Assembly (NCBI GenBank): GCA_002269645.1
Contig: NIVC01001528.1
Span: 31,713 to 95,712, forward strand
DNA length: 64,000 nt
Reading direction: 5' to 3'
DNA from: Macrostomum lignano
Taxonomy: Eukaryota
A program made the translations under genes and the position numbers. The notes beneath the pieces were generated by a model. The model did no database searches, was not told the origin of the DNA, and worked only from the letters and a program-made list of their open reading frames with translations. This document shows positions 35,401 through 48,190 of the stretch, piece after piece; position 1 is the stretch's first letter; every line of letters starts with the position of its first letter.

Positions 35401-38400
35401 CTGCGAGGTGATGCCGCTCATGGAGTCGACGGCGCAGTCGATGATGTCGGCGCCGGCATCGGCGCAGGCTAGCAGTGTGGCGACTCCAGCGCCGGCGGTA
35501 TCGTGGGTGTGCACGTGCAGCGGGTGGTCCGGGAAGGCCTTCTTCAAGGCGCCGATGAGGGCGCGGGCGCCGGCCGGTTTCAATAGGCCGGCCATGTCCT
35601 TGACGGCCAGGATGTGCGTGCCCGACTCCACCAGCTGGTCGGCGGTCTTCAGGTAATAGTCCATGTTGTACTTTTTCGAGCTGGGTGTTATTAAAGGATT
35701 AAGCGTGATGACTTTCCGTAATTTTGAAAGAAAAGCTCCACATCTTGTACTTTTAGTCCAGTACTCATCGTTTTTGGCGCCCCCCAGTGCCCCGATCGAG
35801 ACTTCAAATTTTGGCCTCAGTTCTGAAGCTTGATGATGCCTTATGAGATCAAAACTATTTTAGTGTCACGTGCGACCCGTTTTGGCGCCTTCTGGTGCCA
35901 TTTTTAGCGTCATTTCAGACACTGTTGGAGGCAATTTCAAACAAACATGTTTGGCGCCATTTGAGACACCCATTTTGGCGCCATTTCAGACACGATTTTT
36001 TGCGCCATTTCACACACTGTTTGACGCAATTTCAAACAAATATGTTTGGCGCCATTCAAGACACCCATTTTGTCGCCATTGCAGTAAACTTTGGCGCCAT
36101 TTCAGACTACAACTTTGGAGCCATTTCAGACACCAATTTTGGCGCCATTGCAGTAAACTTTGGCGCCATTTCAGTAGATTTTGGCGCCATTCAGACACCT
36201 TTTTGGCGCCATCTACGACCTAATTACGCGAAATTCGAGATCTTATCGGCGCCACTTGGGACAGATTTCGGCTTACTTGAGCACATCTCCAGTGTAGCAC
36301 ACGGCAGCCTCGACAACTCCGCCAGCCTTCCGCACGGCGTCCATGCCAACTTCCATATTAGGAACGTAGTTAAGCGAGTCGAACACGCGGAAAATGTCCA
36401 TGCCGGATTTCACGGCCTGCTCGCAGAACTTGTACACCACATTGTCCGGATAGTTGGTGTAGCCAACAGCGCTGGCGCCGCGCAGCAGCATCTGGAAGGG
36501 GATGTTGGGCACCTGCTGGCGCAGCTCCTCCAGCCGCTCCCAGGGGCACTCGTGCAGGAACCGCATGGCCACGTCGAAGGTCGCCCCGCCCCAGCACTCC
36601 AGTGACAGCAGGCCGGACAAATTTCTGGCAGTGTAGGGCGCGATTTTCAGCAGGTCGTAGGTTCGAACCCGGGTTGCTAGGAGCGACTGATGGGCGTCGC
36701 GCATTGTGGTGTCGGTGAGCAGCACGCTCGGGTGCTCCTTGATGGCGCGGGCGAAGGCTTCGGGACCCTGGTCCACCAGGATCTGGCGCCAGCCTTTCGG
36801 CGGCTCAGCGGCTGCATTGTTGAGTTGCGGTTATTTATTAATACATACATATATTATTACCGATACATATCGGTAAAAATAATTTACAGCATTCATAATA
36901 GAGCTACTGACTGTAGTCCACCTGCGGCACCGTTGGCTGCACGTCGGGTATGCGAATCTCGGGTATGCCCAGCGGAGTCATGGACTTGTTGACCAGGATT
37001 TCGCCTGAAAAGGAGGATGATTGTGTTTGGAAAAATTTAGAGGCTAAAATTGATAAGGCATTTCTTTCAAGGTAGACTTAGACTATTGAATAACATGCTT
37101 GGGCGCAACCTTGGGATTCACCCGGCCGTTTCTATTGGCAACACACGCATGTAAGTCGCTATTGGCTGAGAGCAGTCACGTGACTACTGTTCTGTCCAAT
37201 AGCGACTTACATGCGTGTGTTGCCAATAGAAACGGCCGAGTGAATCCCAAAGTTGCGCATGTATGAATAAGCTCATTGGTTGGTCATAGCTAGGATAAAA
37301 GTGGTGCTTAGTATGACGACTGAAAGCTGGCATTCAAAATGGCATCAAATCTGAGGGTTGGCATCAGAAATGGCATCAAATCTGAGGGCTGGCATCAGAA
37401 ATGGCATCAAATCTGAGGACTGGCATCAGAAATGGCATCAAATATGAGGACTGGCATCAGAAATGGCATCAAATCTGAGGACTGGCATCAGAAATGGCAT
37501 CAGAAATGGCATCAAATCTGAGGACTGGCATCAGAAATGGCATCAAATCTGTGGACTGGCATCAGAAACGGCATCAAATCTGAGGACTGGCATCAGAAAT
37601 GGCATCAAATCTGAGGACTGGCATCAGAAACGGCATCAAATCTGAGGGCTGGCATCAGAAATGGCATCAGAAATGGCATCAAATCTGAGGACTGGCATCA
37701 GAAATGGCATCAAATATGAAGGCTGGCATCAGAAATGGCATAAAATCTGAGGACTGGCATCAGAAATGGCATCAAATCTGAGGACTGGCATCAGAAACGG
37801 CATCAAATCTGAGGGCTGGCATCAGAAATGGCAGCAGCAGTGAATGAAAAATCACCAATGAAGTGGATCAGCCGCTGAGCGCGATTCTTGTGAGCCTGCA
37901 GCTTGAACAGCTCCGGGTGCTGGTCAATAAACGAAGTGTCCGTGGTGCCGGACAGAAACTTCTCGCTGCGCAGCACGTTCAGCAGAAACGGAATGTTGGT
38001 CTTGACGCCGCGGACGCGGAATTCTCGCAGCGCCCGTTCCATCTTGGCGGCGCAGTCGCGGAAGTCCTTGGTGTGAGCGATCACCTTGCACAGCAGGCTG
38101 TCGTAATAGGGCGAGATGATGGCGCCGGCGTAGGCGCTGGCCGAGTCCAGCCGGATGCCGATGCCCTGTCCGGGGCGGAACACCTCCAGCCGGCCGGAGT
38201 CGGGCTGGAAGCCCTTAGACACGTCCTCGGTGGTGACGCGGCACTGCATGGCGTAGCCGTTCACCTCGATGCGCTCCTGCTTCAGCCCAATGTCGCGCAG
38301 AGAGAAGCCCTCGGCCAGGCGGATCTGACCGGACAAGCAAACGGGGGGGGGAAGCTGAGCATTGCATCAGGTTGAGTTGAGTAGGCTGCGTAGTACTTCT

Positions 38401-41400
38401 GATTGGAGATGATCAAGATGCAGAGTGAGAAAGATATTCTGAATCTGGGGACTGGCTCATAGAAATGGCATAATTAACCTGGGGACTGGCTCATAGAAAT
38501 GGCATAATTAACCTGGGGACTGGCTCATAGAAATGGCATAATTAACCTGGGGACTGGCTCATAGAAATGGCATAATTAACCTGGGGACTGGCTCATAGAA
38601 ATGGCATAATTAACCTGGGGACTGGCTCATAGAAATGGCATAATTAACCTGGGGACTGGCTCATAGAAATGGCATAATTAACCTGGGGACTGGCTCATAG
38701 AAATGGCATAATTAACCTGGGGACTGGCTCATAGAAATGGCATAATTAACCTGGGGACTGGCTCATAGAAATGGCATAATTAACCTGGGGACTGGCTCAT
38801 AGAAATGGCATAATTAACCTGGGGACTGGCTCATAGAAATGGCATAATTAACCTGGGGACTGGCTCAAAGAAATGGCATAATTAACCTGGGGACTGGCTC
38901 ATAGAAATGGCATAATTAACCTGGGGACTGGCTCATAGAAATGGCATAATTAACCTGGGGACTGGCTCATAGATATGGCGTAATTAACCTGGGGACTGGC
39001 TCATAGAAATGGCATAATTAACCTGGGGACTGGCTCATAGATATGGCAGGATTAACTAGGGGACTGGCTTATAGAATAGGCAGGATTAACCTGGGGACTG
39101 GCTCATAGATATGGCAGGATTAACCAGGGGACTGGCTTATAGAATAGGCAGGATTAACCAGGGGACTGGCTCATAGATATGGCAGGATTAACCAGGGGAC
39201 TGGCTTATAGAATAGGCAGGATTAACCAGGGGACTGGCTCAAATGGCAGACCTGACATGCCTGACAGACAGTGAATAGTAGAGAGAATGCTGTATTGGAA
39301 AAATGAACTGACAAATTCACGTGAAAGGGAAGACTGAATGGATGACAGACAGAGAGCAGAGTGAAGAGAGAACTCAACAGACAGGGGGACAAGCATGCAT
39401 ACCTAGACTGTCCTTCACAATAGCGGAAAGCAAAAACCATAAAGCAGAAAGCAAACCCGAGCGCACAAATTCAGTGAGCAGTGAGCTGGACACTAGGGGG
39501 GAGAGACAGGGACACAGCAAATTAAAGCATCGATCCAACAGTAGAGCCCGTGAGCACTGCTTCCAAGCACTTGAGACAACTTGCTACTTTCTCAATTCAA
39601 TGATGAGCGCAACAATGGTCTCGCACTGAAAAGACTCCGCTGTGAAGCCTTTGAGCACCCATTGTGCCATTCATACATTTGCACAATACGAGGGTGCACT
39701 GCAAGGACGGCTCAAGAGAGAAACCTTCAGGTCTGGCAACATTCGAAAGTTTCAGCCAAACAGACTAACAAAAATGAGCCTAATTTTGTACATGTTTTTG
39801 TTATAAAGTATAGTTTGTTAAAGCGGACCGCAAAACTCGCTAAACAAAGGTACATACTACGAGGGGTGTCCCAAAAGTTCCCGGAATGCTTGCTCTGGAG
39901 AGACTATGGACAGAACTTATTTTTAAGTCTTTAGCCAAAAGCAAGAACTGGCTCATAGAAGTGGCACCCATGAGGACTGGTTCATAGAAGTGAGGACTGG
40001 CTCATAGAAATGAGGACTGGCTCATAGAAATGAGGACTGGCTCATAGAAGTGAGGACTGGCTCATAGAAATGAGGACTGGCTCATAGAAATGAGGACTGG
40101 CTCATAGAAGTGAGGACTGGCTCATAGAAATGAGGACTGGCTCATAGAAGTGAGGACTGGCTCATAGAAATGAGGACTGGCTCATAGAAGTGAGGACTGG
40201 CTCATAGAAATGAGGACTGGCTCATAGAAGTGAGGACTGGCTCATAGAAATGAGGACTGGCTCATAGAAATGAGGACTGGCTCATAGAAATGAGGACTGG
40301 CTCATAGAAATGAGGACTGGCTCATAGAAGTGAGGACTGGCTCATAGAAGTGAGGACTGGCTCATAGAAATGAGGACTGGCTCATAGAAGTGAGGACTGG
40401 CTCATAGAAGTGAGGACTGGCTCATAGAAGTGAGGACTGGCTCATAGAAATGAGGACTGGCTCATAGAAGTGAGGACTGGCTCATAGAAATGAGGACTGG
40501 CTCATAGAAGTGAGGACTGGCTCATAGAAGTGAGGACTGGCTCATAGAAGTGAGGAATGGCTCATAGAAGTGAGGACTGGCTTATAGAAATGAGGACTGG
40601 CTCATAGAAGTGAGGACTGGCTCATAGAAGTGAGGACTGGCTCATAGAAGTGAGGACTGTCTCATAGAAGTGAGGACTGGCTCATAGAAGTGAGGACTGG
40701 CTCATAGAAATGAGGACTGGCTCATAGAAGTGAGGACTGGCTCATAGAAATGAGGACTGGCTCATAGAAATGAGGACTGGCTCATAGAAGTGAGGACTGG
40801 CTCATAAAAATGAGGACTGGCTCATAGAAGTAACACCCATGAGGACTGGCTCTCCTGCTGTCACAAACCAGATACACAGCCGTATTGAACAAGTTAGCTA
40901 AGCTGGTTGCACTATTTCTGCCATGCACCCAGTGAGCCTTGGCCTATAAGATAAATTCTCTCCCTACATACGGTGCACCCTCAGCATTACCGTAGCGCTA
41001 AGGTTCAAACTAATGTCGCTGCTAAAGGAGGCATTATAAGCAAAAATAGCTTGAAGTCCAGGCCCCGGGGGTAAGGAAAGTTTGCATAAGAAATGGCGGG
41101 GCGGGACACTGCAAGGTTAGGAGGGTCGCGCGGTGGAAGGAACCCCCCAAACTACAAGCTGTGCAATGCAGCAAGCTAGCTGGACACAGCGGCAGCTTAT
41201 CTAAAGTGGAATTAGCAGATCGAAGATCGAAGTACAGTGGAACTGGAGCAGGCCGCTAGCCCGATAAGCGGCTAAACTGGAGCATATTCGAACTGGAACC
41301 GGACTTCGCTCTGGCTGAATTTTTACCCAGATTCGAAGCAACAAAATGCAGTTTCTGCTTTTGCATAAACGGAAATTCGAACAGAAAGTGATCAGGATCT

Positions 41401-41667
41401 CAGGAGAGAGAGCTCTCTTAACTCAACTAAACAACTGCTTATCTGTGCACGTGCTCATTGAAACTTCGATAAAGATTCCACTGCTCAGAATAGCAAGTTA
41501 GTTCAAAAAGCTCAAAATTATTTGTAGCTTTTATTTCTTAGTAATGAAAAGCAATGGACTGTGTGGCATTCAGTTTCAGTTCAGCTAACATTTGCAATTT
41601 AATTCACTAACTTTATTTTGCGTAAGCGTCTTTTGTCCGTCAGAATGTCTGTCTGTCTGTCTGTCTC

Positions 41668-41726
<59 letters not shown>

Positions 41727-41769
41727 GCCTGTCTGTCTGTCTCTCTGTCTGTCTGTCTGTCTGTCTGTC

Positions 41770-41800
<31 letters not shown>

Positions 41801-41837
41801 GACTGATTGTCTGTCTTAGTGTCTGTCTGTCTGTCTC

Positions 41838-41876
<39 letters not shown>

Positions 41877-41897
41877 TAGTGTCTGTCTGTCTGTCTC

Positions 41898-41936
<39 letters not shown>

Positions 41937-42029
41937 TAGTGTCTGTCTGTCTTAGTGTCTGTCTGTCTGTCTGTCTGTCTGTCTGCCTGACTGATTGTCT
42001 GTCTTAGTGTCTGTCTGTCTGTCTGTCTC

Positions 42030-42088
<59 letters not shown>

Positions 42089-44627
42089 TAGTGTCTGTCT
42101 GTCTGTCTGTCTGTCTTAGTGTCTGTCTGTCTGTCTGTCTGTCTTAGTGTCTGTCTGTCTGTCTGTCTGTCTGACTGATTGTCTGTCTTAGTGTCTGTCT
42201 GTCTGTCTGTCTGTCTGACTGATTGTCTGTCTTAGTGTCTGTCTGTCTGTCTGTCTGTGACAGTCTGTCTGTCAGCCAGACAGCCAGCCGGGCTCACCTG
42301 AGACCGCACGATGTCGATGCCGGTGATCTCCTCAGTAACGGTGTGCTCCACCTGCAGCCTGGCGTTGACCTCAATGAAGTAGTACTGCCCCGACTTTACG
42401 TCGTACAGGAACTCCACCGTGCCCGCGTTCTCGTAGCCGACGTGGCGCATCAGCTTGACGGCGTCAAGGCACATGCTGCGGCACACGTCAGGGTTGATGT
42501 TGGGCGCCGGGGCGATCTCCACCACCTGGGAAGAGACGCGATTGGGATGCAGGTGTAGCTGCCCAGCCACCCCAGCACGCATCAATCAAGAGCCCCCTGG
42601 CTAGGGAATACAATCCCGGGATTACGCTCAAATCACAATTGTCCGGGATCGACCATCGGGATCCCGATCCCGCTTTGCAATAATTCAATCAATTCATTCT
42701 CGAGTAGTAAACCTGCAGCTGAGATACAATTGTCAGGTGAAAATCATAATCCAGTTATCACGCTTCGATTTATTAATCGTTTAAGCATGCAGGCTAGTGA
42801 GTAGAAGGATACAAAACAGAAGCTGTCAGCAGATCGTGATGAGATCTAAGGTGTAATAATGTACAACTACTTTTATTAAGCAGTCCCTACCTTCAAAACT
42901 CTTTTGGTCGTAGTTGGGATTAGAACAGCGGGACATTGCTATCGAACCACAACCAAAGCTACCAATGCTCCATCTAAGGGCGCGTGCCCCTAGGAGGGTG
43001 AGGTCTAATCCCCTTTCTAAACTTGGTATTAGTACCTCGGGCCATAGCTCTGCACGAGCGTAAAGCTATCATTCCCCAGGTTACATCACAGTCAAGTGTG
43101 ATTTTCCTGAGCTGATACTGCGGCATGTAAGAAAGCACATCTATTCCGTCAGCCCGTACATTACACTCAAATTCAGAGCTCACTGTCAGCTTCTTGTTCG
43201 CAAAATATTTTATTCTGTTCTACTTTTATTAAAAGCCCTTAAAAATCAGATTAGATGACTTCGTAAACTAAAATTGCACCAACAAGATTAGAAACTTTTT
43301 CAATTCCGGGATTTGCAAAACTCGGGATTCTGTATTCCCTACCCCTAGCACTACAAACCAACCTTCTGATGGCGCCGCTGCACGGAGCAATCCCTCTCGT
43401 ACAGGTGCAAAATGTTTCCGTACCGATCGCCAAGGATTTGCACCTCGATGTGGCGCGGATTTTCTACGTAGCGCTCGATAAACAGAGCCCCGTTGCCAAA
43501 TGCGGCCTTGGCCTCCGAGGTGGCCCGGTTGAAGGCCTCGGCCAGCTCCGACTCCTTGCGCACGATCCGCATGCCGCGACCGCCGCCGCCGTAGGCTGCC
43601 TTGAGCATCACGGGGAAACTGTTAGCTGAGCAGAAGGCGGCCGCCTCCTCGTGCGTGGTCACCGGGCCGGGGCTGCCGGGCACCACCGCCACGCCGGCCG
43701 CGATGGCCGCCTCCCTGGCCAGCACTTTGTCGCCCATCTGCTTCACCGTCTCCGGCCGGGGGCCGACAAACGAAATGTCGGCGTCAGCGCAGGCCTGAGC
43801 GAATTCCGACCGCTCGGATAGGAAGCCGTAGCCAGGGTGGATGGCGTCCGAGCCCGTCTCCTTGGCAACCTGGGTGGGGGTGGGTGAGAAAGTGACTGAC
43901 AGAGTAAGAGTGACATTAAGTGACTTTAAGAGTGACAGCGTAAGGGTGAGAATAAAAAAGTGGTAGAGCAAGAAAGTGACAGTAGGAATGACAGTAGAAG
44001 TGACACTGAGAGTGACAGAGTAAGAGTGACAGTAAAAGTGACGGTAAGAGTGCCAGACAAAGAGAGTGACAGACAAAGAGAGTGACAGAGTAAGAGATTG
44101 ACAGACTAAGAGAGTGACAAGGTAAGGTGACAGAGTAAGAGAGTGACAGAGTAAGAGTGACAGAGTAGGAATCCAATTGGCGACTTGGATAGCTAATATT
44201 TATTTATCGGACAGTAAATAAATAAATGAATGAGTGAAATGGAGAAGCAAGATTTCGAGTCCCTTACCTGGATAATAGCAGGTATATTAAGGTAGGCCTG
44301 GACCGGCTGCATGCCCTTGCCAATTAGGTAGGACTCATCAGCCATGGTCCTGTGCAGGTGCATGGTGTCGGCCTCGCTGTAAATGCCGACAGTCCGAACG
44401 CCCATTTCGGTGCAGGCGCGGTAAATTCTGATGGCGATTTCTCCCCTGTTAGCAACCAGTAGCTTGTTGATGCGCCGGTAGACATCACCGCTATTGGCCG
44501 CATGCTGAGCCTGCTGCTGGGTCTGGTGGCCCTGGCTGCCGCTGGTTGATGCTGCTGTGAGGCTGCGATAAATTGGCTGCGAAGGGCTCATAAGCAGCGA
44601 TCGGCTTGGCAACAGCAGGCGCTGCAT
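32500..44627 (-). CDS. PC: Pyruvate carboxylase, mitochondrial precursor (10 exons, 1194 aa)
   Basis: Exons 44627-44268, 43869-43363, 42525-42298, 38324-37856, 37004-36912, 36811-36277, 35680-35306, 34744-34552, 33963-33400 and 32760-32500. All introns are GT-AG with compatible phases, 3585 nt in total. Biotin carboxylase ([38 protein letters not shown]), carboxyltransferase ([33 protein letters not shown]) and biotinyl domain (SAMKME). N-terminal Arg/Ser/Leu-rich transit-like peptide. Confidence 0.97.
32918..33240. repeat. 20-bp minisatellite (GGGGCGATTCTGATGGATCA) in PC intron 9
   Basis: Direct array. Confidence 0.9.
34005..34420. repeat. 13-bp minisatellite (GATAATTGAGTAG) in PC intron 8
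   Basis: Direct array, degenerating rightwards. Confidence 0.9.
34783..35268. repeat. Two minisatellites in PC intron 7: 23-bp (CCTGGGAAACCGGTGACTTAATA) and 25-bp (AAACCAGTTCACCTGGGAACAGGAC)
   Basis: Arrays at about 34783-34870 and 34925-35268. Confidence 0.9.
35870..36215. repeat. Degenerate repeat of about 21 bp (TTTTGGCGCCATTTCAGACAC) in PC intron 6
   Basis: Recurrent TTGGCGCCAT core. Confidence 0.8.
37103..37258. mobile_element. 156-bp palindromic MITE-like foldback in PC intron 4
   Basis: Near-perfect inverted arms of about 63 bp (GCGCAACCTTGGGATTCACCCGGCCGTTTCTATTGGCAACACACGCATGTAAGTCGCTATTGG). The loop contains GTCACGTGAC. Confidence 0.7.
37325..37830. repeat. 31-bp minisatellite (GGACTGGCATCAGAAATGGCATCAAATCTGA) in PC intron 4
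   Basis: Direct array. Confidence 0.9.
38445..39240. repeat. 34-bp minisatellite (GGGGACTGGCTCATAGAAATGGCATAATTAACCT) in PC intron 3
   Basis: Direct array. Confidence 0.95.
39950..40850. repeat. 20-bp minisatellite (TGAGGACTGGCTCATAGAAA/G) in PC intron 3
   Basis: Direct array of about 43 copies. Confidence 0.95.
41643..42275. repeat. (TGTC)n microsatellite in PC intron 3
   Basis: Tetranucleotide run with periodic TTAG / TGAT interruptions. Confidence 0.95.
42602..43341. mobile_element. hAT-type MITE (740 bp) in PC intron 2
   Basis: TIRs TAGGGAATACA(GA)ATCCCG at both ends, 8-bp TSD CCCCTGGC / CCCCTAGC, subterminal CCGGGA motifs. Confidence 0.7.
43880..44165. repeat. AGAGTGAC-type degenerate repeat in PC intron 1
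   Basis: Recurrent GAGTGACAGAGTAA units. Confidence 0.8.
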
Positions 44628-45980
44628 GTTGGAGGATCTGCTTTTGCTCTAGCTGGAACTGCTACTAGTAGATTTGCTGTTTGGAGCAGCTTAGCTGTGG
44701 ATAGCATAAGAGAGTGATCAACATTGGAGAATCAATCCACTATTCTAAATTTTTCATAGTAGCCAAAATGAAAAGCATCCCAATCAAATTGAAAGCAATG
44801 AAAATATATTATAAATCCTAAAATAAGTTCAGTGGTTATGATAAAATAGTTAGTAGTACATAATTTAATCTATCAAATATTCTACAAATGATCATCTAGT
44901 CTTAGCTTAGTTTGAGAAAGAGTTGAACTTTTTCTTCCAATTTTGACTCTGAAATGCTTGGCTATCTTATATTGTTTATTTTTAGATTAGATTATAACTT
45001 AAATGCATAAAGTTCAAAATGAATGTCATTAGACCTAATATTATAGTTAGAATTTATTTATAATAGTGAGATCATATGTTGATAGTTTATAGTCAGTTGT
45101 ATGATTATTAATAATACTATTAATTGATTGATTGGTTGAATAAAATGGACTATACAATTTTCTAGACCCTAGGCCTATAAAAATGTGAAATAAAAAAGGA
45201 AAAAATATAGTTTAATACTTTAATTATAGACCTATAAGGCCAAGTCTAGAAAAAGTTAACAATTGCATACTTCTTACTACAATTTCAAACCTTCTAATAC
45301 TACTAAATAAATTTATTGTGTACTTTGCTAGCAAATAGGGTAGCATAGGCCCAAAGTAGTTACAAGTTTAAGTAAGTGTTAAGATTTAGAAATATTAAAT
45401 TAGAGTTTATACAATTTCTTTTTCTCCCTATTTTTATTAGTTTTCACTTCCAGTCAATCTGGCAATACAATCTGGTAATAGACAATGTGGCAATAATCAA
45501 AATGGTAATAGTCAATCTGGTAATAAGGTGTAGTAAAAGGCTATTAAATAGACTATTTGGCATTTAAATAGATTAGAAAGCTTTTATTATTTTTTATATT
45601 TGTTATGATTGTTATTACTATTACTATTAATATTATTATTAGACCCTATTATTATTACTATTTATATTATTGCTATTTATTTTTAATTGAATGTCTTCTA
45701 TCATGCATTCCTTAATTTCACTAAAGGGCCATACACTAGTTTCATCCTCTCCTCAGATATACTATTACATTAAAATGTTTGACAATACACTTTAAATTAT
45801 ATCCGAAGTGCAAGCTATAAATATCATGTACAATTTTTATTATAAAAGATACCATCTTAAAGTGAATTCTCTACATGAAAAATTAAAAACTACATGTAAA
45901 GTTGTGCTGGTATCTAAAATCCATAAAATCTACAATACAAAATCTGTCGGCGGATTGTCTTGTTGCCAGATTGACTGGAA

Positions 45981-46082
45981 GCCTTTATTACCCTAAGGCC
46001 TAAGACAAAAAACAAAATGTATTGCCTTATATTATCAGTTTTAAACATTTTGTTTTGTCTTAGGCCTTAGGGTAATAAAGGC
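45981..46082. mobile_element. 102-bp hairpin, MITE-like
   Basis: Inverted arms of about 38 bp: GCCTTTATTACCCTAAGGCCTAAGACAAAA..CAAAATGT. Confidence 0.55.
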
Positions 46083-46489
46083 GGCAATCTTCTAATTTAC
46101 TGCGTTAAATTATTTTCACATTTACACAAACTTTTCAGCCTATCAGGCAGGCCTATGGCGGCTTGCAGAATCATGTGGCTGTCAATCACCGATTCCATTT
46201 CGTGGACCCCCATGACCCGGCCGTCCTTATTAACACCATTGAGGGGTCATGGGCAGGCGTCAAGGCTAAATTCAGGGCGATGCACGGCACTAGGGACGCC
46301 CTGTTTGTCGTGTTTGACACCCACCTCAACGTCCTCAATGAGTACCTGTGGCGCCGCCTCTTCCCGCCGCCAAAAGTGTTTGGGAACTTCCTGTATTGGG
46401 TTAGGCACTATTATTGACACTCTAATGACTAATGACTTCGTATTTTACACTATTTTTCACGGGAAAATAATTTAAAGTAGAAGATTGCC
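46083..46489 (+). mobile_element. Merlin (IS1016/IS1595-like DDE) deletion derivative
   Basis: TIRs GGCAATCTTCTA.TTTA at both ends. Internal frame HVAVNHRFHFVDP..INTIEGSWAGVKAKFRAMHG..LNEYLWRR matches the Merlin/ISXO2 transposase C-terminal motifs. Confidence 0.7.
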
Positions 46490-47924
46490 AATTATAAAAG
46501 CATGCATAATTTAATTTGTCACTGAAAATTATTAACGATCGAATTTACCGGGTGTAGGCCTAAGTCTAAACCTAGTGTAGTGCTTATTTTGTAACTGCTG
46601 GCCGTAAGACAATCAAATTTAGTTTAAAGCAGAAAAGCTAATAAAATAAAATCTACGGGGCTCCAGGGGCTCAACTGGCGGGCCCGCGCGCGCGGGCTGT
46701 GAAAAAGGTAACATTTAAAAACTCCCAAAAACGCTAAATCCCATGACTAGCTTTTAAAAGTGAAACATTTAAATAAACTAAACTTGTTGTCAAACTTACA
46801 CAAATGCTTGTTAGCTTCGCTTTTTAGCTCTTTATATTAACGATATTATAGGTTTTGTTTTATTGAACTAACATTTTAACACGCTTGCAGCAGCAGCAGC
46901 AACAATGCACCCGACCAGCATGGATTTAATCGGTAGAAAAGGTAAACGTTTTCTACGATTAGATAGGGTAGATGGCATGTCGACTGCCAGCATAACATGC
47001 TTTCCTTCTGATTAAAAGCGGACTGTATATACTTGTATTGGGCAGTTATGGCGCGCAATTCAAAAGCCTACGCACAACCAATATTATAATGGCTCGACAT
47101 ATTTAATTAGTATAGCCTATAGGGCATTGTGTTAGTATGTATGAATTCAAGACCTAGACTAATAAAGCAGTTTGTGTCTAGAGTCGAAAACTTTGGAAAT
47201 GTGTCGCCCTAGCTTGCACAAAAAGCCATGTATGACATGACTGAATGAAATTTAATTAGGAGGTTAATGATTGTAAAATAAACTAGCTACTTGGACCTCT
47301 TGACAATGACAATAAGGATGAAATGGTCCTGTTGCAGGCAGATATTAATTGGCTTAAAAAAAAGTAAAAGCTTGATGGCTAGCTAGCTAGGTGGCCTTGG
47401 CTCACCCAGTTATTGGCCTTATATTGGCCTTCTTATCAATATGTGGGCCATTTTGTACTGCATTCTGCTTTAATCTACTTTGTTTTTCTTCTTTATTGCC
47501 AGGTATTTAGTATAATTTTTTAGCTCTTAGTTGTATTCTTTATTTTAATATCACTCTATACTTGTACCATGAAAAGAAACACAAAAGGCCTTGTCAATTT
47601 TAGGCCTATGATAGGTAGCTAGCTATGTTATTTTATTTTAGTAATAGGCCTATAGCTATTAAGAGTAGGCCTACTAAATTATTAGTCTATAAAATGTATA
47701 TGGTCTAAAATAGGCTAGCTATTTTAGACCCTATTATATTTTATGCTTCTTGTCTAACAATCTAATAATTGTTGTAGGCCAATATTATGAAATGTATAGG
47801 CCTAGCTATAGAAAAAGAAAAAGAAGCCAATAACCTTCCTAATGAATAAATTAATTAATATTAGTTCAGTTGTGTATTTACTTTATATTTATTGTCATAT
47901 GAATCCTATATACTAAAAATGAGT

Positions 47925-48190
47925 TGTCTGTGGGTAGGTAGGTAGGTAGGTATGCGATAGATTTCAGAAAAAATGGCTCAACCGATTTTCTTCAAACTTG
48001 CACCATTCGATCAGAAATTTTCCTGGGACGGTACATGCATCTTGGCTAAGAAATTGCTCAATATTAAAGGGATTAAATATTCGAAAAACATGCTTTTTTG
48101 CAAAGGTCAAGCAGCTCTTTCGACCTGAAATGCATTGTAAGAATGCTAGAGAAAAAACTGACTGACTGAATTCCAATTGTGATAAAGATT
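47925..48190 (+). mobile_element. Possible Helentron-associated (HINE/DINE-1-like) element
   Basis: A (GGTA)n microsatellite is followed by AAATGGCTCAACCGATTTTCTTCAAACTTG, a layout typical of HINEs. Termini not resolved. Confidence 0.3.

Noticed and set aside
32431-38375. Plus-strand ORFs overlapping PC exons (for example 33523-34002, 37863-38375)
   Set aside because: Antisense shadows of GC-rich codons in the real minus-strand gene.
39857-39890. Mariner-like terminal motif TACGAGGGGTGTCCCAAAAG
   Set aside because: Isolated short match with no partner TIR and no transposase.
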